Source: Felis catus
Lineage: Eukaryota
DNA: 64,000 nucleotides
Assembly: GCF_018350175.1 (NCBI RefSeq)
Contig: NC_058383.1
Coordinates: forward strand, 27,344,001-27,408,000
Direction of reading: 5' to 3'
Shown here one piece after another: positions 35,271-48,125 of the stretch (positions are counted from its first letter, which is position 1; the number at the start of each line of letters is the position of its first letter). The notes under the pieces were generated by a model, which saw nothing but the letters and a program-made list of their open reading frames with translations, made no database searches and was not told the origin of the DNA. Both the position numbers and the translations under genes were made by a program.

Positions 35271-38200
35271 TAAAATCAAGGCAAGCCCATTTGATCCGCT
35301 TCGAAAACACAAGCGTAAAGAGAATCCCAGCCATCCAGTGAAATTAGCTACGAATCCTGTGCTAGTCAGGTGCCCGTCGGTGCTGGAGTGTTTAATACGG
35401 ACGGGGTAGATTCGAATCCCTGTTCCTCCAGCTGTAATCCTACTTCCTTCTAGGGTGAGGTGCGCTTCCTGGTTTAAGGGAAGGCACTACCATCAGATTC
35501 CAGGCAGGCTGCTTCCCCTGGTGTTTGTAGGGAAGGACGGTGTTCGCCGAAGTTCTGTTCCTCCTCGTGTGGCAATCTGCCATCACTCGCGTTACCAGAG
35601 ACAGCACCTGGCAAAACATGTGGCCTTCGGCCCCGCACCGAAACCTGTGCTGGACCCACACAAAGGACAAAGGCCAAGCCTGGCTTCCGTGTGACTGAGA
35701 GAATATGCAGTTAATTATTTTTTCTCGCAGCCAGAAGCCGAGTCTCCCTGAAACCCATGCTTGTAATGATTGCTGTAATTATTATAATACAAATCAGCAA
35801 CTTATCAAAATATTACCCCCAGATGCTGCCTCTCTGCTCTGAGTCGATAGGCAGAGGGTACAGGCCGTCCCCCCTGCCCTGTTCTGTGTGCCGGGATGAC
35901 GGGAGCTTTGGTGACAGTACTTCCCACCACGGCCAGACGCCGACCTCCCCGGTGCCCAGGTCCAAGTCGTTCCCATGCCTGTCCTTGCTTTAGAGGGGCA
36001 TGTTCTGCACTTTCCCTCACAGTCTGACGCTGGGTGACCCACTCGCCGCTGGGCCTTGGTATTTCTATCCATGCAATGGGCAAACAAACAGTGCCAACCC
36101 TCCCGCAGAGCTGTTCTGAAGAATTCCTAACCAGAGCCGCTCTGTTAAAACGTTGTGCGTCACACGCACGGCATCTGATGCACAGGCCCTCTGATCACAC
36201 TGCCTGGGTTCAAACGCCAAGGGTACTGCTCTGCAACTTTGGGCAATTCTTCACCCTCTCCATGCCTCAGTTTCCTCATCTGTGAATGGGGACAGCGTCA
36301 TAAAGTGGTTGTGAGGATTCGGGGAGATCGCCCAGGAGATGCCGTGTAGCACGGCGTCAGGAACCCAGCGAGCGTTTAATCTACCAGAGCAATGACCCTC
36401 ACCGGCCTCTTCCTCCTCTTCAGCCTGATTCTGACGGTCATACACTCAAATCCTAACTGCAGTCTTCCAGGTAACACAATTAAGCAAAGCAGACGGGCAG
36501 GTTGGAGATGGGCAAACTGGACAGTGGGGCCCTAAGTAGGGAGGGGCAGCCCTATCTCCCTTTCCTCAAATGTATACTTCTATGGGAAGGAAGGCCAGCA
36601 CTTCACATTTTTAAACAGGAACCCCAAATTCGATGTTTGCTTGAAATCCCTGATTCTTAAAGGTTGGCCAGTAATTTAAGATTTTTCAGTGAAAAGAAGA
36701 AGAAGAAGGAGAAAGAGAATTCAGTGCTGCCTTTATTCCATCTGTGGCCCAAAGGGATTTTCTAGAAAGTGTCCACTCTCGTTGGGGGTTCATACCGCCT
36801 GCTGTCCTTCCGACAGAGGGTTTGTTTGCTCCACATGATTTGGTTTTTTTAATTTTTTTTACCCTAAAAGAGAGTCAAAACAGCAGTCAGCCTCTTGACC
36901 TCAGAAGAGTGAATCCAGGCCAGGCCCAGTTGCAAACCCGGCCGTTTTCCGTGAATGCGCCCCACCTCCGCGTTACCTTCTCTAACCCGTTCACTGTCAT
37001 CACCTCGTCTTCTAAACAAGAGAGAATCAGATGCAACAATTCAAAAACTATCCCTCAATGGGGCTACAGGGGGGGAAAAAAAAAGTAGGTAATGAGAGTA
37101 TTTTACATCAGGGATGGAATCTTCCATAATCGCCTGATGACAAGTAAATGGGGTTCTCTGTTTGTGTCTTTTACAACGGCTGCCCCTTCGGAGCTGGGGA
37201 TAAAAGAGAGAGAGAAAGAGAGACAATGAATAGGCTTTTATTTCAAAGAGAACATCTGCAAAGCATGGTCCTACATTAAAAAATAAACAGAAAACAGCCA
37301 CCAGTCTGGGGGAAAAGAAAAAAAGATTTCCCATTACATCTCTAATTAATAAAGCCCCATTTCACAAGGAAAGAAGAAAAACGGAAAGAGAGCAACTTTC
37401 CCACATCTCCAAAGAGAAGATGCTCAATGAGGGAACCACTCTGTTACTTGACCCATCTAATCTGGTTTTAATATTATCCTTAAATAACGTACACATTAGC
37501 TCTCCGTGACCAAAAACATTTGTTTGTTTTATTAACATGAGCCTGGTTGAGTGCTGAGACTTTGTGAAACTATCAGGCCCTCCGTGGGCTCTCTTTTCAT
37601 TGCCTGTCTCCTTGCTCATTATGAACTGATTAGCTGTCTCTGCTGCCCTTTTGAATTGCTACTCAGGCCGTACTGGGTTTCTGCTACCCTGGTTCTGGAC
37701 AGGAGAGTCTTGATTCGGGGTTAAGTTGACGGAGTCATTACAGGCCCATCTGGGAACGCATGCATCATGGTTAAGTCCATGTGTGACAACACATGGGGGG
37801 CTGACATACACAGTCAACGCGAGGCCAGCGTGCAGCGTGAATCTAAGAGCTGCAGATGAAGAACCCGGACCCAAGTCCCCAAGACGGGCCGGAGGAGCCC
37901 CATTCCTGCAGGAGCGACACAGGCAGCAAATGAGAACATCGGGGAGATTCCGCTCAGACCCAGTGCACAGTTCCTAATGTGTGACTTAAATCCTCTCCAC
38001 TCAAACCTCAGAACAAAATGGCACTGCTGTTTACCAAAGGAACAAAGTGTCTTCAGGCGGGTTAACCCGACATTTACCAAACTTTGGTCATTCGGGCACT
38101 TCCTTGTCATTAACCACCCAAACGGATGCCATCGTTAGGATAGAATTAAGGCTTGGTGCTCTCACTTACGCATTTTCATCGTGGTAACCGACCTTTTGTA

Positions 38201-38349
38201 CTTAAACGCTGCTTTACTCACATGCTAAGCAGTAAGAGCCCTGAAGCTGTCATTTTGATTGAACGGTTATATTTGTATGTTTTCCCTAATACACGTTTAA
38301 AGAAACATACAGCATTACAAGTTTTAAAAACATTCACCCAAGCAGCAGG

Positions 38350-38492
38350 GGCGGTGTGCATGGGGGCTGTGGCGGATGGTCTGATGTGTGGGTTACTCGG
38401 GTGTGTTCAGTTTGTGAAAACCCACTGAGGTGTGCATTTAGAATAATGTGCACTTTTGTTTATGCAGTACATTTCAGTTAAAAAAAAAAAAC
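38350..38492 (+). mobile_element. Ancient L1 3' end fragment
   Basis: GGGTGTGTTCAGTTTGTGAAAA...TGTGCACTTT...A-tail. Confidence 0.55.
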
Positions 38493-38575
38493 ACTTAAAA
38501 GAATATACCTCAAATTTCAGAACTGAATAAATTTTGCAGAGATATGGACAGAAACTCTATTAAAAGCTGCTTTAA

Positions 38576-38741
38576 GGGGCAGGGGGGTGGCTCAGTCAGT
38601 GAAGCGTCCCACTCCTGATTTGGGCTCAGGTCATGATCCCACATCGGGCTCTCCACTGACCCTACATAGCCCGCTGGGGATTCTGTCTCTCTGTCTCTCT
38701 CAAAATAAACAAATAAACTTAAAACAATTATTAAAAAAAAG
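38576..38741 (+). mobile_element. SINEC with internal deletions
   Basis: TSD AAAAGCTGCTTT at 38562-38573 and 38742-38753. Confidence 0.85.
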
Positions 38742-38959
38742 AAAAAGCTGCTTTCATCACTGGCAGATCAGAACTGGGGTGCAAACCACACTTGGGATTC
38801 CTGGGACCAGTCTGGAGCTACTCTGGCAAAAGGTGTCCATCAACCAAAACTAAATAAAATTAATCCACCTCACCCTCCAAAAATCCTCACCGGCTGCCCC
38901 TTGTTTTCTCTCAGTTCCCCAACTGCTTCCATTGCTACGCCTGTAACAATTTGATTTTT

Positions 38960-39204
38960 TTTTTATTTAAAAAAATTGGTAATTTTTTTTTTTTTTTTTT
39001 GAGAGAGAGAGAGACAGGGCGCAAGCAGGGAAGAGGCAGAGAGAGAAGCAGACGCAGAATCTGAAGCAGGCTTCAGGCTGCTGTCGGCACAGAGCCCGAC
39101 GCTGGGCCCTGAACTCAGGAACTGTGAGATCGTGACAAAAGTCATGATCAGAACAGGTCAGAGCCAAAGTCGGACGCTTAATCAACTGAGCCACCCAGGT
39201 GGCC
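38960..39204 (-). mobile_element. SINEC_Fc-type SINE with short internal insertion
   Basis: TSD CTGTAACAATTTGATTTTT at 38941-38959 and 39205-39223. Confidence 0.9.
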
Positions 39205-40936
39205 CTGTAACAATTTGATTTTTAAATTTTTTCTGGTTTCTGTTTATCTAGGGGTCACCCTGCCCCACGACCATCCAGTCCATGAAGGGTGGAGGCCCGT
39301 CTGTCTTCCCCACGTGCTCTGCACAGTGCCCTGCACACGGCAGCTCAAGTGACCTGGTGAATCAACGTTCACACTGATGGGTGGGTGGGAAGTCTCTAGT
39401 GATTTCCCTCATTCACTGGTTCCTGGTTCCCTAGGGATTACCAAGCACATTCTCATCTATTCATCGAATTAGGTCCTCTCAACCCAAGGTGGGCAGTGGG
39501 CTTAATCATCTGACAGAAGAGCCAAAAAAGGCACACAAAAAAAGACGGAAGTAACAGTTGGTCCCTGACAGTGTTGGAATCCAAGCCAAGGTGCTCCAGT
39601 AGAACGTTCCACTCTTCCACCAGCCGTGCCCAGCTCTCAGGAAACCCTCAACACCCTGATACATGCTATTGTGGGACGAGGCTGTGCGGGGAAGGCAGGC
39701 CATTCAAAACGGCACGTTCTCTGCATGCTGGTTTACCAGACTTGTAGAATGTTGAGGACTGCTGCCTTCACAATGGCCTAATCCTTGTAAGAATTTGCAT
39801 CTTCTGAGTATTCACCCACTGCAAGAAAGGGAAGAAAACCTCCATCATGCCCAAGGCAAGCAAAAGCAGTCAGGTAAATAAGTGCTGTGAATAAACCGCA
39901 TGGGGATAATTGACAGGTGACCACAGGCACTTATTTTTAACAGGGACATCTTCCAGAGAGAGGTTGCAAATTCAACAGCCTAAAGGGGCCAGTCAGATAC
40001 AAGAGGGGAAAGAAAAGATCTTGGGGCGGGGAGTGGTCTCAGGAATCTGGAGGGTCTCAGAAACAGTCCCTCCACAGCCCGGCCAGTTGAAAAACAAGCA
40101 AGAATGTGGGCCCCGCACTGCCAGATCTTGTGACTTTTTAAAGGAATTCCAATAATCCGTATCATTTTATAGCATATCTTAATCCTCAAACTTCAGTGCC
40201 TTTTTATTTTAATATACTGTGTGGCCAAACAAAACCTACCCAAAGGGCACGAATCAGGAAGGAAAACGGGAGCACTGATCACGGGCCAGAGTTGTGCCTC
40301 ATCACCAGGCCCTCCCAGGTAGGTGCCTTCACGGTTCGTGCATCGCGCACGAGAAAACTGGGTCCCTGAGAGCTGAAGTAACACATCTGAGTCCCACAGA
40401 TATGAATGGCGGAGTTCAGATGCTATGAACTCCAAATGTCAGAGCACTCCCTCTGGCCCGCAAACATCACAGGACACGCCTCCCAGGCCCCACAGCCTCT
40501 GACCACCTGCTCCCCTTGCAACCTTCAGGCAGCTCACTGCTAATCTCCAGGCTCCTTATTAAGCAATATGAAGAGCTTGAGCCCCATGAGTGGAGCAGTC
40601 CAGACCTCATGCTAGGCAGTTTGGGGCATTGGTGGGAGACTTGAAGGCTTCCAGGCCCCTGAATCACACCATTCCTGACCCCCAACCTGTCCAGACGAAA
40701 CCTTCTTCTTGTGTCCAAGAGGCCACTCTGGGGAAGTGAAACCAGCAGTGAATTAGGCTAGGATTCGAAAGGAACCTCTCTGTTGATAGCCTGAGTATCG
40801 GCAGCGGCGCTACCCTTCATCTGCTGGAAGCTCACTGCAGTGATCCTCCCAAGGGCAGGGAGTACGTCTGTCCTGTTCATAAAGGTCGTGGCAGTGCTGG
40901 GCAGAGTGCCTGCCATGCTCTCACTGTTGGAGTGGA

Positions 40937-41036
40937 GGATGGATGGATGGATGGAGGATAGACAGATGGATGCATAAATGCATAGATGGATGGATGGATG
41001 GATGGATGGATGGATGAATGCATGCACAGATGGATG
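40937..41036. repeat. Degenerate (GGAT)n microsatellite
   Basis: Direct reading. Confidence 0.9.
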
Positions 41037-43999
41037 TAAGCACAGGTGCACTTGTGAATCAACAGATGTGAGAGGAGAGAGGGAGGGACAAGGGACTTAC
41101 TCAACTGGGGACAGAGATTAAGAACACAGTATGTGAAGTCACCACCAACCTTCAATTCCTATAACTGGCCACTTGTTAGCTGTTCAACTTCCATCCAACT
41201 TCTTGCCTTAGTTGTTATTATTTGTAATCAGTAAAACAGAGGAGACTGAGCTGCGGCACCTTGTAGGAATTCATGAGATCACGTCTTCCTCGTACTTCTA
41301 CAGGGTCTGGTGTAAGGCAAACTTTCAACGAAGAGAGATCCTGCTCACCTTCCTCACTGTTATGATCACAGTTACAGTGGCCACGCCCCTTGGGGAAAGG
41401 ACACCTGCATCAACCTCTCCACCCCATCAGCTTGACTCCTTTGGGCTTAACCAGTGTTTCTCCTGGCCAAGGATTACAGCAAAGGATTCCCTGGGAGGAG
41501 AAACGCTCGTCATTAGAAACCACAGACACATTAGCCTGGATTAGATACCCAGATAAGCCAGCAGTCATCTGGCTGCGACAAACCGGGCCAGAGACAGAAC
41601 AAACCCATTTCACTGCCCAAAGAGGGCCCAGAAAGGGGAGATCTTCCTCCCAAAGAGACTTCGGAAATGCCCTTAGTTGCCCTCCTTCCCCACCTGGCTG
41701 GCTGTCTGGGCTCCTAGGCCCTGATACTAATAATACCAGTCTCCCTGCTCACTCCAGTGTTGAGCGGGTCAAGGTGACACCTATCCACCCTCCCTATCTC
41801 CCTCTTCTCAACATCTCTGGCTTCCAGTAGGGGGAGGAGGCAACCCTAACCACAAGTATCAGAGGGGCACAACCTGATGAGTATCTGCGGGCAAACGGGT
41901 AGTTTCTGTCGCAGGCGGAAGGAAGTGCCATGAGACAATCGACCTGCATGTTCTTAGAGATACCTCCTTGCCTCGCCCAGGCTCTCGGGGGCAAGTCATG
42001 GGCTCCTCCGGAAAGAACCACAGAGCAGTTTAACTGGGCGGGGGCAGAAGCAGGAAGCCCGTTGATGATGAATGAAGGGCTATTTCTACTGGGCAAGAAA
42101 CCCTGTGTTGCACCCTCCTTCCTTCCTTTCCTGGCTAGAGAGAGCGGAGTTCAAAACTCCTTCCTCTGGGCCAACTTAGCAGTTCAAGTTCAACCCTTGT
42201 ATGGACGCTGCATGTTTCACTCTAGGGTGTTAACCTACCATTCTAGGACCATAAAAATCCCGTGCTTGGGGCTGGGCATTGTGACCGAATCAACCACTTC
42301 GGTGCCTCCTTGAAGCATTGTGATTCTAAGGTTGGGGACCTTCTCAACATGCTTAAAAGAGGGAGGGTGTGGAACAGAGGAGTTAAGAGCCCAGATTGCC
42401 TGGGTTTAAATCCTGCCTCTGCCATTTTTAACTGTGAACCTTGGAAAAGTCGCTGAAACTCCCTGTGCCTCAGTTTCCTCTGCAGCGTGAGGTTGAAATG
42501 AGTTAATGTTTGTAAAACACCCAGAACAGGGCCTAGTTACATTAAGCACCATGACTGTTGTCACAACTGTCACAACTGTAACACAATTCGCTGAAGGAAT
42601 AAATGAGTTAATACAGAAGAAGCACTTAAAACAGTGCCTGGTACCTTATAACTGCTTTCTGGAGAGTCATTATCATTATTATTCCTATTCCCTATTTGTG
42701 TCATTGTTTAGGGGTCTGATTCAATGCAAGCTGCAGCCCTCCTCCTCCTCTAGGGTCGGCACATTTTTTGGAAACCTGCGGTGAGAAGTGAGAAAAGTGG
42801 TCTCAAGATTTTCAAGAACGGTTTAGCCGCATGAAGAGTTTCTCAAAGAACCGCACACACTAGGTGCTCAGAAACCTGTAGGTCAATCGGAAGAAGGCGG
42901 ACCCGGGTTTGGATCCCAGGTCTGGGACTCCCCAGCACAGGGCTATTAGTGAGAAGGTGCTTCACCTCTCTTTCCTCATCTGTGAAATGGGAACAGAAAC
43001 AGTCCTATCCCACAGAGCTGGCTGGGAAGACTGGCTGAGACAGTAAGGTAATATTTGCAAAGAATTTTGTGTAAATTGAATCGTGCCTCCTTCCATCGTG
43101 GTTTTTTTTTTTTTTTTTTTTTTTTTTTGCGTGTGTGTGTGTGAGCATTTAATAACATAATTTATGCAAACCATCTCAAGGATGCTTGGCATACAGCTGG
43201 CACTCAATAAATATTAGTGCTCCTCCCTGTAGCACATTCTATCCTTCTCCAAGTCTGGCCCACACAGCAGTGTTGGACGCACTCTACTGCCTTGGATTTC
43301 ATTCAAACCCCACTTTCCATGGGAAAATGAATAATTGTGAAAAATTGCTTATTTTCAAACATACTAAGACTTTCTTTTTAAGAACAACAGCTCACATTTG
43401 AGCATTTTCGTGTGCCAGGCCCCAATCAGTTCACATGTATGAATACACTTCATCCTCACATGACCCTATGAGGCAGCCCAGCTTTTCAGAGGAGCAGAGC
43501 AGAATGATTTGCTCAAGGTCATGGAGATGGCCAAGAGCAGAGCCAGATTTGAACCCAGGTGTCTCAGACCCAAGGACACTTCACAGAGGTCTCTTTCACG
43601 TGTGCTATGACTTTTTCTCCTGCTCCCACGCCTTTTCCTTTGAACTTGGAGCTTGTTGGGATTGAGGTTATGTTTTATGTTTCATTTTCTCCAAAGGATC
43701 TTCTTGGTTCTGAAAGATGGGGACCAGAGTCAACAGAAATGGGGAAATGCAAAGGGAAAAAGAAAAAGAAGGGAGCGTTCTCCTAAGTGACAAGTCTTAG
43801 GGCAGGATTAACCAAAAGACAGAGAGGAGGTCAGCCCTTACACAGTGCACCTTGTGCCTGCCGTCCGATTATATTGGCAATGTGCACCTTTCGTCTTTCT
43901 GCAGGCAGAATTATGGCCCCACTGACCATAAATAGCTCTGGGTGAGAGGGCAGCCCCTGATTACGGACGTATACTTAAGAATATTTTCTTTTCTGAGAA

Positions 44000-44000
44000 A

Positions 44001-44051
<51 letters not shown>

Positions 44052-44053
44052 AC
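44000..44053. repeat. (CA)n microsatellite
   Basis: Direct reading. Confidence 0.95.
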
Positions 44054-44227
44054 AGGATGTCAGGTGTCTGCTGTAACTCAAAACACCATATTTCCTTTCC
44101 TATAAAGACCATGGATCAAAGTTGGATGATTCCCCAGGAAACAGAGACTTACACCTTGGCTTCTTATTTGCAGATGAGCAAGTATCTTGTCATGCAAACT
44201 TTCAGAAGATTAAAAAAAAAAAAACTA

Positions 44228-44437
44228 GGGACGCCCGGAGTGGCTCAGTCAGTTAAGCTTTGGCTCAGGTCATGATCTCACGGTTTGCGTGTTTGAGCCC
44301 CACGTTAGGCTCTGTGCTAACAGCACAGAGCTTGGAGCCTGCTTGAGATTCTGTGTCTCCCTCCTTCTCTGACTCCTCCCCCACTCGTGCTCTCTCTCTT
44401 TCTCTCTCTCTCAAAAAAAAAAAAACTAATAAACTAA
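44228..44437 (+). mobile_element. SINEC SINE
   Basis: Head GGGACGCCCGGAGTGGCTCAGTC, CT-rich region, A-tail, AAAACTAG-type flanks. Confidence 0.88.
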
Positions 44438-46212
44438 TAAACTAGAGAGAATATCTAAAGTGTGAGGAGACTGGAAGGAAAGCAAACATATATACACAAT
44501 TACACACATACACCTACATGTCTAATAATTTCTGCTTTTATTTATCTACTCTATTTAATATTTTCCAGTATATGATTAAGCAGATGGCAACATTTGCAGT
44601 AAGATAAATATTGTTCAATGATGCGTATTTCTGTATACAAAGTGTAATGTATTGCTCAAGCAAAATAAAACCCCATTGAGAGTGTGAAAAAAAAAAAAAC
44701 AACCAAACCATCAATAAAATATCCTCTGTTCTCTCTGGTCTCGAAACATTTGGATAGAAACAGAAGCCACACCTCTCAGGCTGTTAAAAGCAGAGGTGAT
44801 CTGGATACTGCAAACCAATTTTTCAAAGTAATTGCCAAGGTCTGAAAAAGTCCCGAGTTATCTGAGCAATGTGGAATATGAGGAATTTCTGCCGAAAAAA
44901 TCAACATTTCAAAGGGGTCAGCCGACACAGAAACGCCATCCTAAGCACGAATGTGTGTGAGGGCAATTAAAAATTTGGTTCCTTAAATGAAACTTACTGA
45001 GTAGCAGTTTATCTAAGGGCACAAGCAATAAATGCGGGGACCTCCAGAGGCCTCGCTGGAGGCCAAGGCAAAGAAAAGAAACTCTCCTGACATTGACACA
45101 CACAGCTCTCTTTCCCTTCTCCCCAGTCTATTCAGAAACTGGAGTGTGAGCTTTCTGACACTCTCCCCAGTGTTTTTCCTCCCTCGATAAGTGAGCCCAT
45201 CTGTTTCATAAATTCTGAGGTGACAGACAAATCCACAGCTTACTGGAGACCCAGGAAAGGAATCGGCGTCTCGGCCACAACTCTGCAGCAAGCCACCTGA
45301 TAATTCTAATATTTAAGAGCTTTGGAAGAGGCTGAGGGGGACACGGGAGCTTGGAAATCTTTTCTAGATATGCTCATCTTGTGGCCATCCTCATGCTGTC
45401 TCTGACTCTGTCTGCTGGAGAAACAGCGTGTTTCTTTTGGCTTCTTAAGATGCACCAAAAACACAATCATGTCCTTCCACTGGGGCGCAGCTCTCCAGAC
45501 ACAGAAGGTGCAAGTGCGGAAGCTCTGGGGCCATGGGCACAAGGAAGCAGCAAGGTCTTGTTTCAGAAAACGCTCTAGAGGCAATGCTTGCCTGACACTC
45601 TTTGGGACACAACCACCAGTGCCACCAAGGGGGGGGGGCAGAGGGACAGATTCCCTCTGCCTTCCAGAACCCCCCCTGCCCAGCCCGCCCGAGCCCCACC
45701 CTCCACAGAGCGCAGAGATGAAGCATCATGTCCCAAGCATGCGTCTCACCAGGTCTTTAAGTGAGCCACCTGGAAAATCACAGGGAATTTTTTTTCATGT
45801 CCCACTCCTGAATCCACACCCCAAAGCATCCCACCAGCAGCCCCGGCAGGGTCTGCAGAGAAACCACATGTTGCAAGGGCCTTAGGGGCTCTGGAAAAGG
45901 TCTGGTCCTCTCCTAGACTGCAACCCAAGCTCAGGCGACATCGGACTTTGGGAACAGCCTGCCCTCTTCTGGTCTCCTTGAGCCCCATGGAAGGGCAGGG
46001 GCTGGGTGGGCACAGCCAGGGGAGGGCCGACCCCTGGCTCCATACAGTGTGTCTGTGCTGTGATTTCAGGAGCTAGCAGGGTGAGGGGGGTAGACGTGGG
46101 GCAGGGGAAAGAGACGAGACAGACAAGCCGATAAAATAAAATACAAATCCAGGAGAGGTAACAGTTAACCACAGCATGGTAGGCAGCCAGAGAGAAGAGA
46201 GGAGGACATTAA

Positions 46213-46221
46213 ACACACACA

Positions 46222-46266
<45 letters not shown>
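46213..46266. repeat. (CA)n microsatellite ~1.9 kb into intron 1
   Basis: Direct reading. Confidence 0.95.
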
Positions 46267-46269
<3 letters not shown>

Positions 46270-48125
46270 GTGTGGACAGAGTACTCAAAATGTCAAGGAC
46301 CCAGGAAGAAATCAGCCATCCAGGCCTCCTTCCTTCTCTCCACTTTTTTCAACATGTGGTCTCTGCACCCAAAGATACCTCCTGGTGCCTGTGTGAACCC
46401 CAGATGCAAAGGATATAGGAAGCCCCATGCCCCCATGTTCATCCTACACGTTCCCATTCCGGGCCAATAGTGCACATCCCGAACCCTCTTCCACCCCACT
46501 CTCCGGGAGGGCTCCAAATCCAGAAAGAACCTCTCGCTGAGTTTCTGCCCAAACATATCCCAAGTCACCCCAGGAGTTTCAAAGACAGCGTCTGGGAGTA
46601 CTCTTCTCTGTAAATAAACGGCCACAGGACATTGGGAATGTTCTGGTTCTCCATCGGGAATGTTCTGGCTCTCCATCGGGAATCTCACTCCAGTCTCCCC
46701 CCACCTCTACAAATGAGGGAAAGACATCTACCTGCTACCCACGCAGGCAAGCTAGTGAAATGCCGTCACATCACGTCCTGGGGTTGCTCTGCCCACAAAA
46801 AGCCGCGCTCTGGCAAAGAGGGTCGCCGCCGATTCCAAAGAAGTTTAACAGATCAAAAAGCATCACGCTGTGCCTGAAGACAATCTTCAGTGAGGGCTCC
46901 CAGAGCGACAAACGACACAGATATGCATTCAGTCAGTGGCTAAGAATCCTAAAACTAACCCCTGGCATCTGATGTCCCCCAAGGACTAGGAGAATCCCTG
47001 TAGGCAGATGGCATGAGGAAGATACAGACAGACACCCTGCACGTTGTTATTCCTTAAGACAGTCACTCACACCCACAGGACAGTGACAGCCTGGCCCAGA
47101 GCTGGGGACTCTGACCTCCTGTCCTGTGTGTCCTAGCTCAGTGGGCTCTCAGCAAGACAGCCCAGAGAAGGTGTGAAAGACATCCCTGGAGAAAGGGGGC
47201 GGGGGGTACAGAACAGGAAGACACCCAGATGGCCCCAGAAGATCTGCAGAAAAAAACAGTTTCAGAGCTCAGACTGTTCACACCCAAGGAAAAGCAAAGA
47301 AAACCCACGAGAGCCGAAGTCGTGATGATGTGGTCAGACACACAGCTGTGGTGACGGCAATGGGCTACACAGGAGACTCGGGGAGCAGAACCATCATCCA
47401 GGAGAAGGGGGCATGCCCCATCACTGGAGAGCAGGGTGAGGAAAGTCAGAGAGGGCACCGAGGAGAGGACAAGGTTAGAGACGGAGAAGGTAGAGACAGG
47501 AGTCTCAGACAGCCAGAGATGGCAGACGGGAGCCCGAGAAGTAAGACCAGGCGCCCAAGGCTGAATCCTGATTCAGGGAGTCGGCTGGGGCTGTGGGATA
47601 CCGATCCCAGACCCCAGCTGAGGCCAGGACAAGACCAGGAGACCCCAAGCAGGGACCTGAGTTCTCTGCACTCAGCTCAGCAAAAACCCGAAGAGATGCT
47701 GTGAGCACCGCCCATGAGCAGCGGCTGAGGCGCCCGGGCACGATCCGCGCACTCAGACAGAGAGCGAGGCACCAACACCCACATGCACAGTGCAAGTCGG
47801 GGCGCCCAGCAAGAGTGACGGGGAACGGGAACCCGGCCAGGCTCCGAAAACCCCCGAAGCGCCTCCTCTGGAGATAACTTCCCCAGACCCCAAGGGGGCA
47901 GTCCTCAGACTCGGCATGGGGCAGCCCACGGCCCCCGAACCTCGGCAGGGACCCCGCCCCGGCTTCCAGGGAAAGGGACGTGGAGCCAGCAGGCTTGGGG
48001 AGTCCCAGTCTGCCGCCCTGGGTTCAAGGGCTGCCGGGGGCGTGGGGGGCGTGGGGTCGGGGCTGCCTCCCTCTCGCACACACACCCCTCCTCCCTCCGG
48101 GACGCGAGCCGAAAGGGCATCTTAC

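Larger units (their letters stand above)
1..48125 (-). other. XYLT1: XYLT1 intron 1 (5' part; continues beyond the left edge)
   Basis: Begins at the GTAAG donor. No further XYLT1-like exon was recognised; the sequence is repeat-rich and noncoding, and XYLT1 intron 1 is known to be very long in mammals. Extent is inferred. Confidence 0.8.

Noticed and set aside
1..48125. XYLT1 exon 2 or another nested gene
   Set aside because: No sequence encoding the expected continuation (DPHPSP..., from memory) or any other recognisable protein was seen. A tiny exon could be missed by eye; spliced alignment would settle it.
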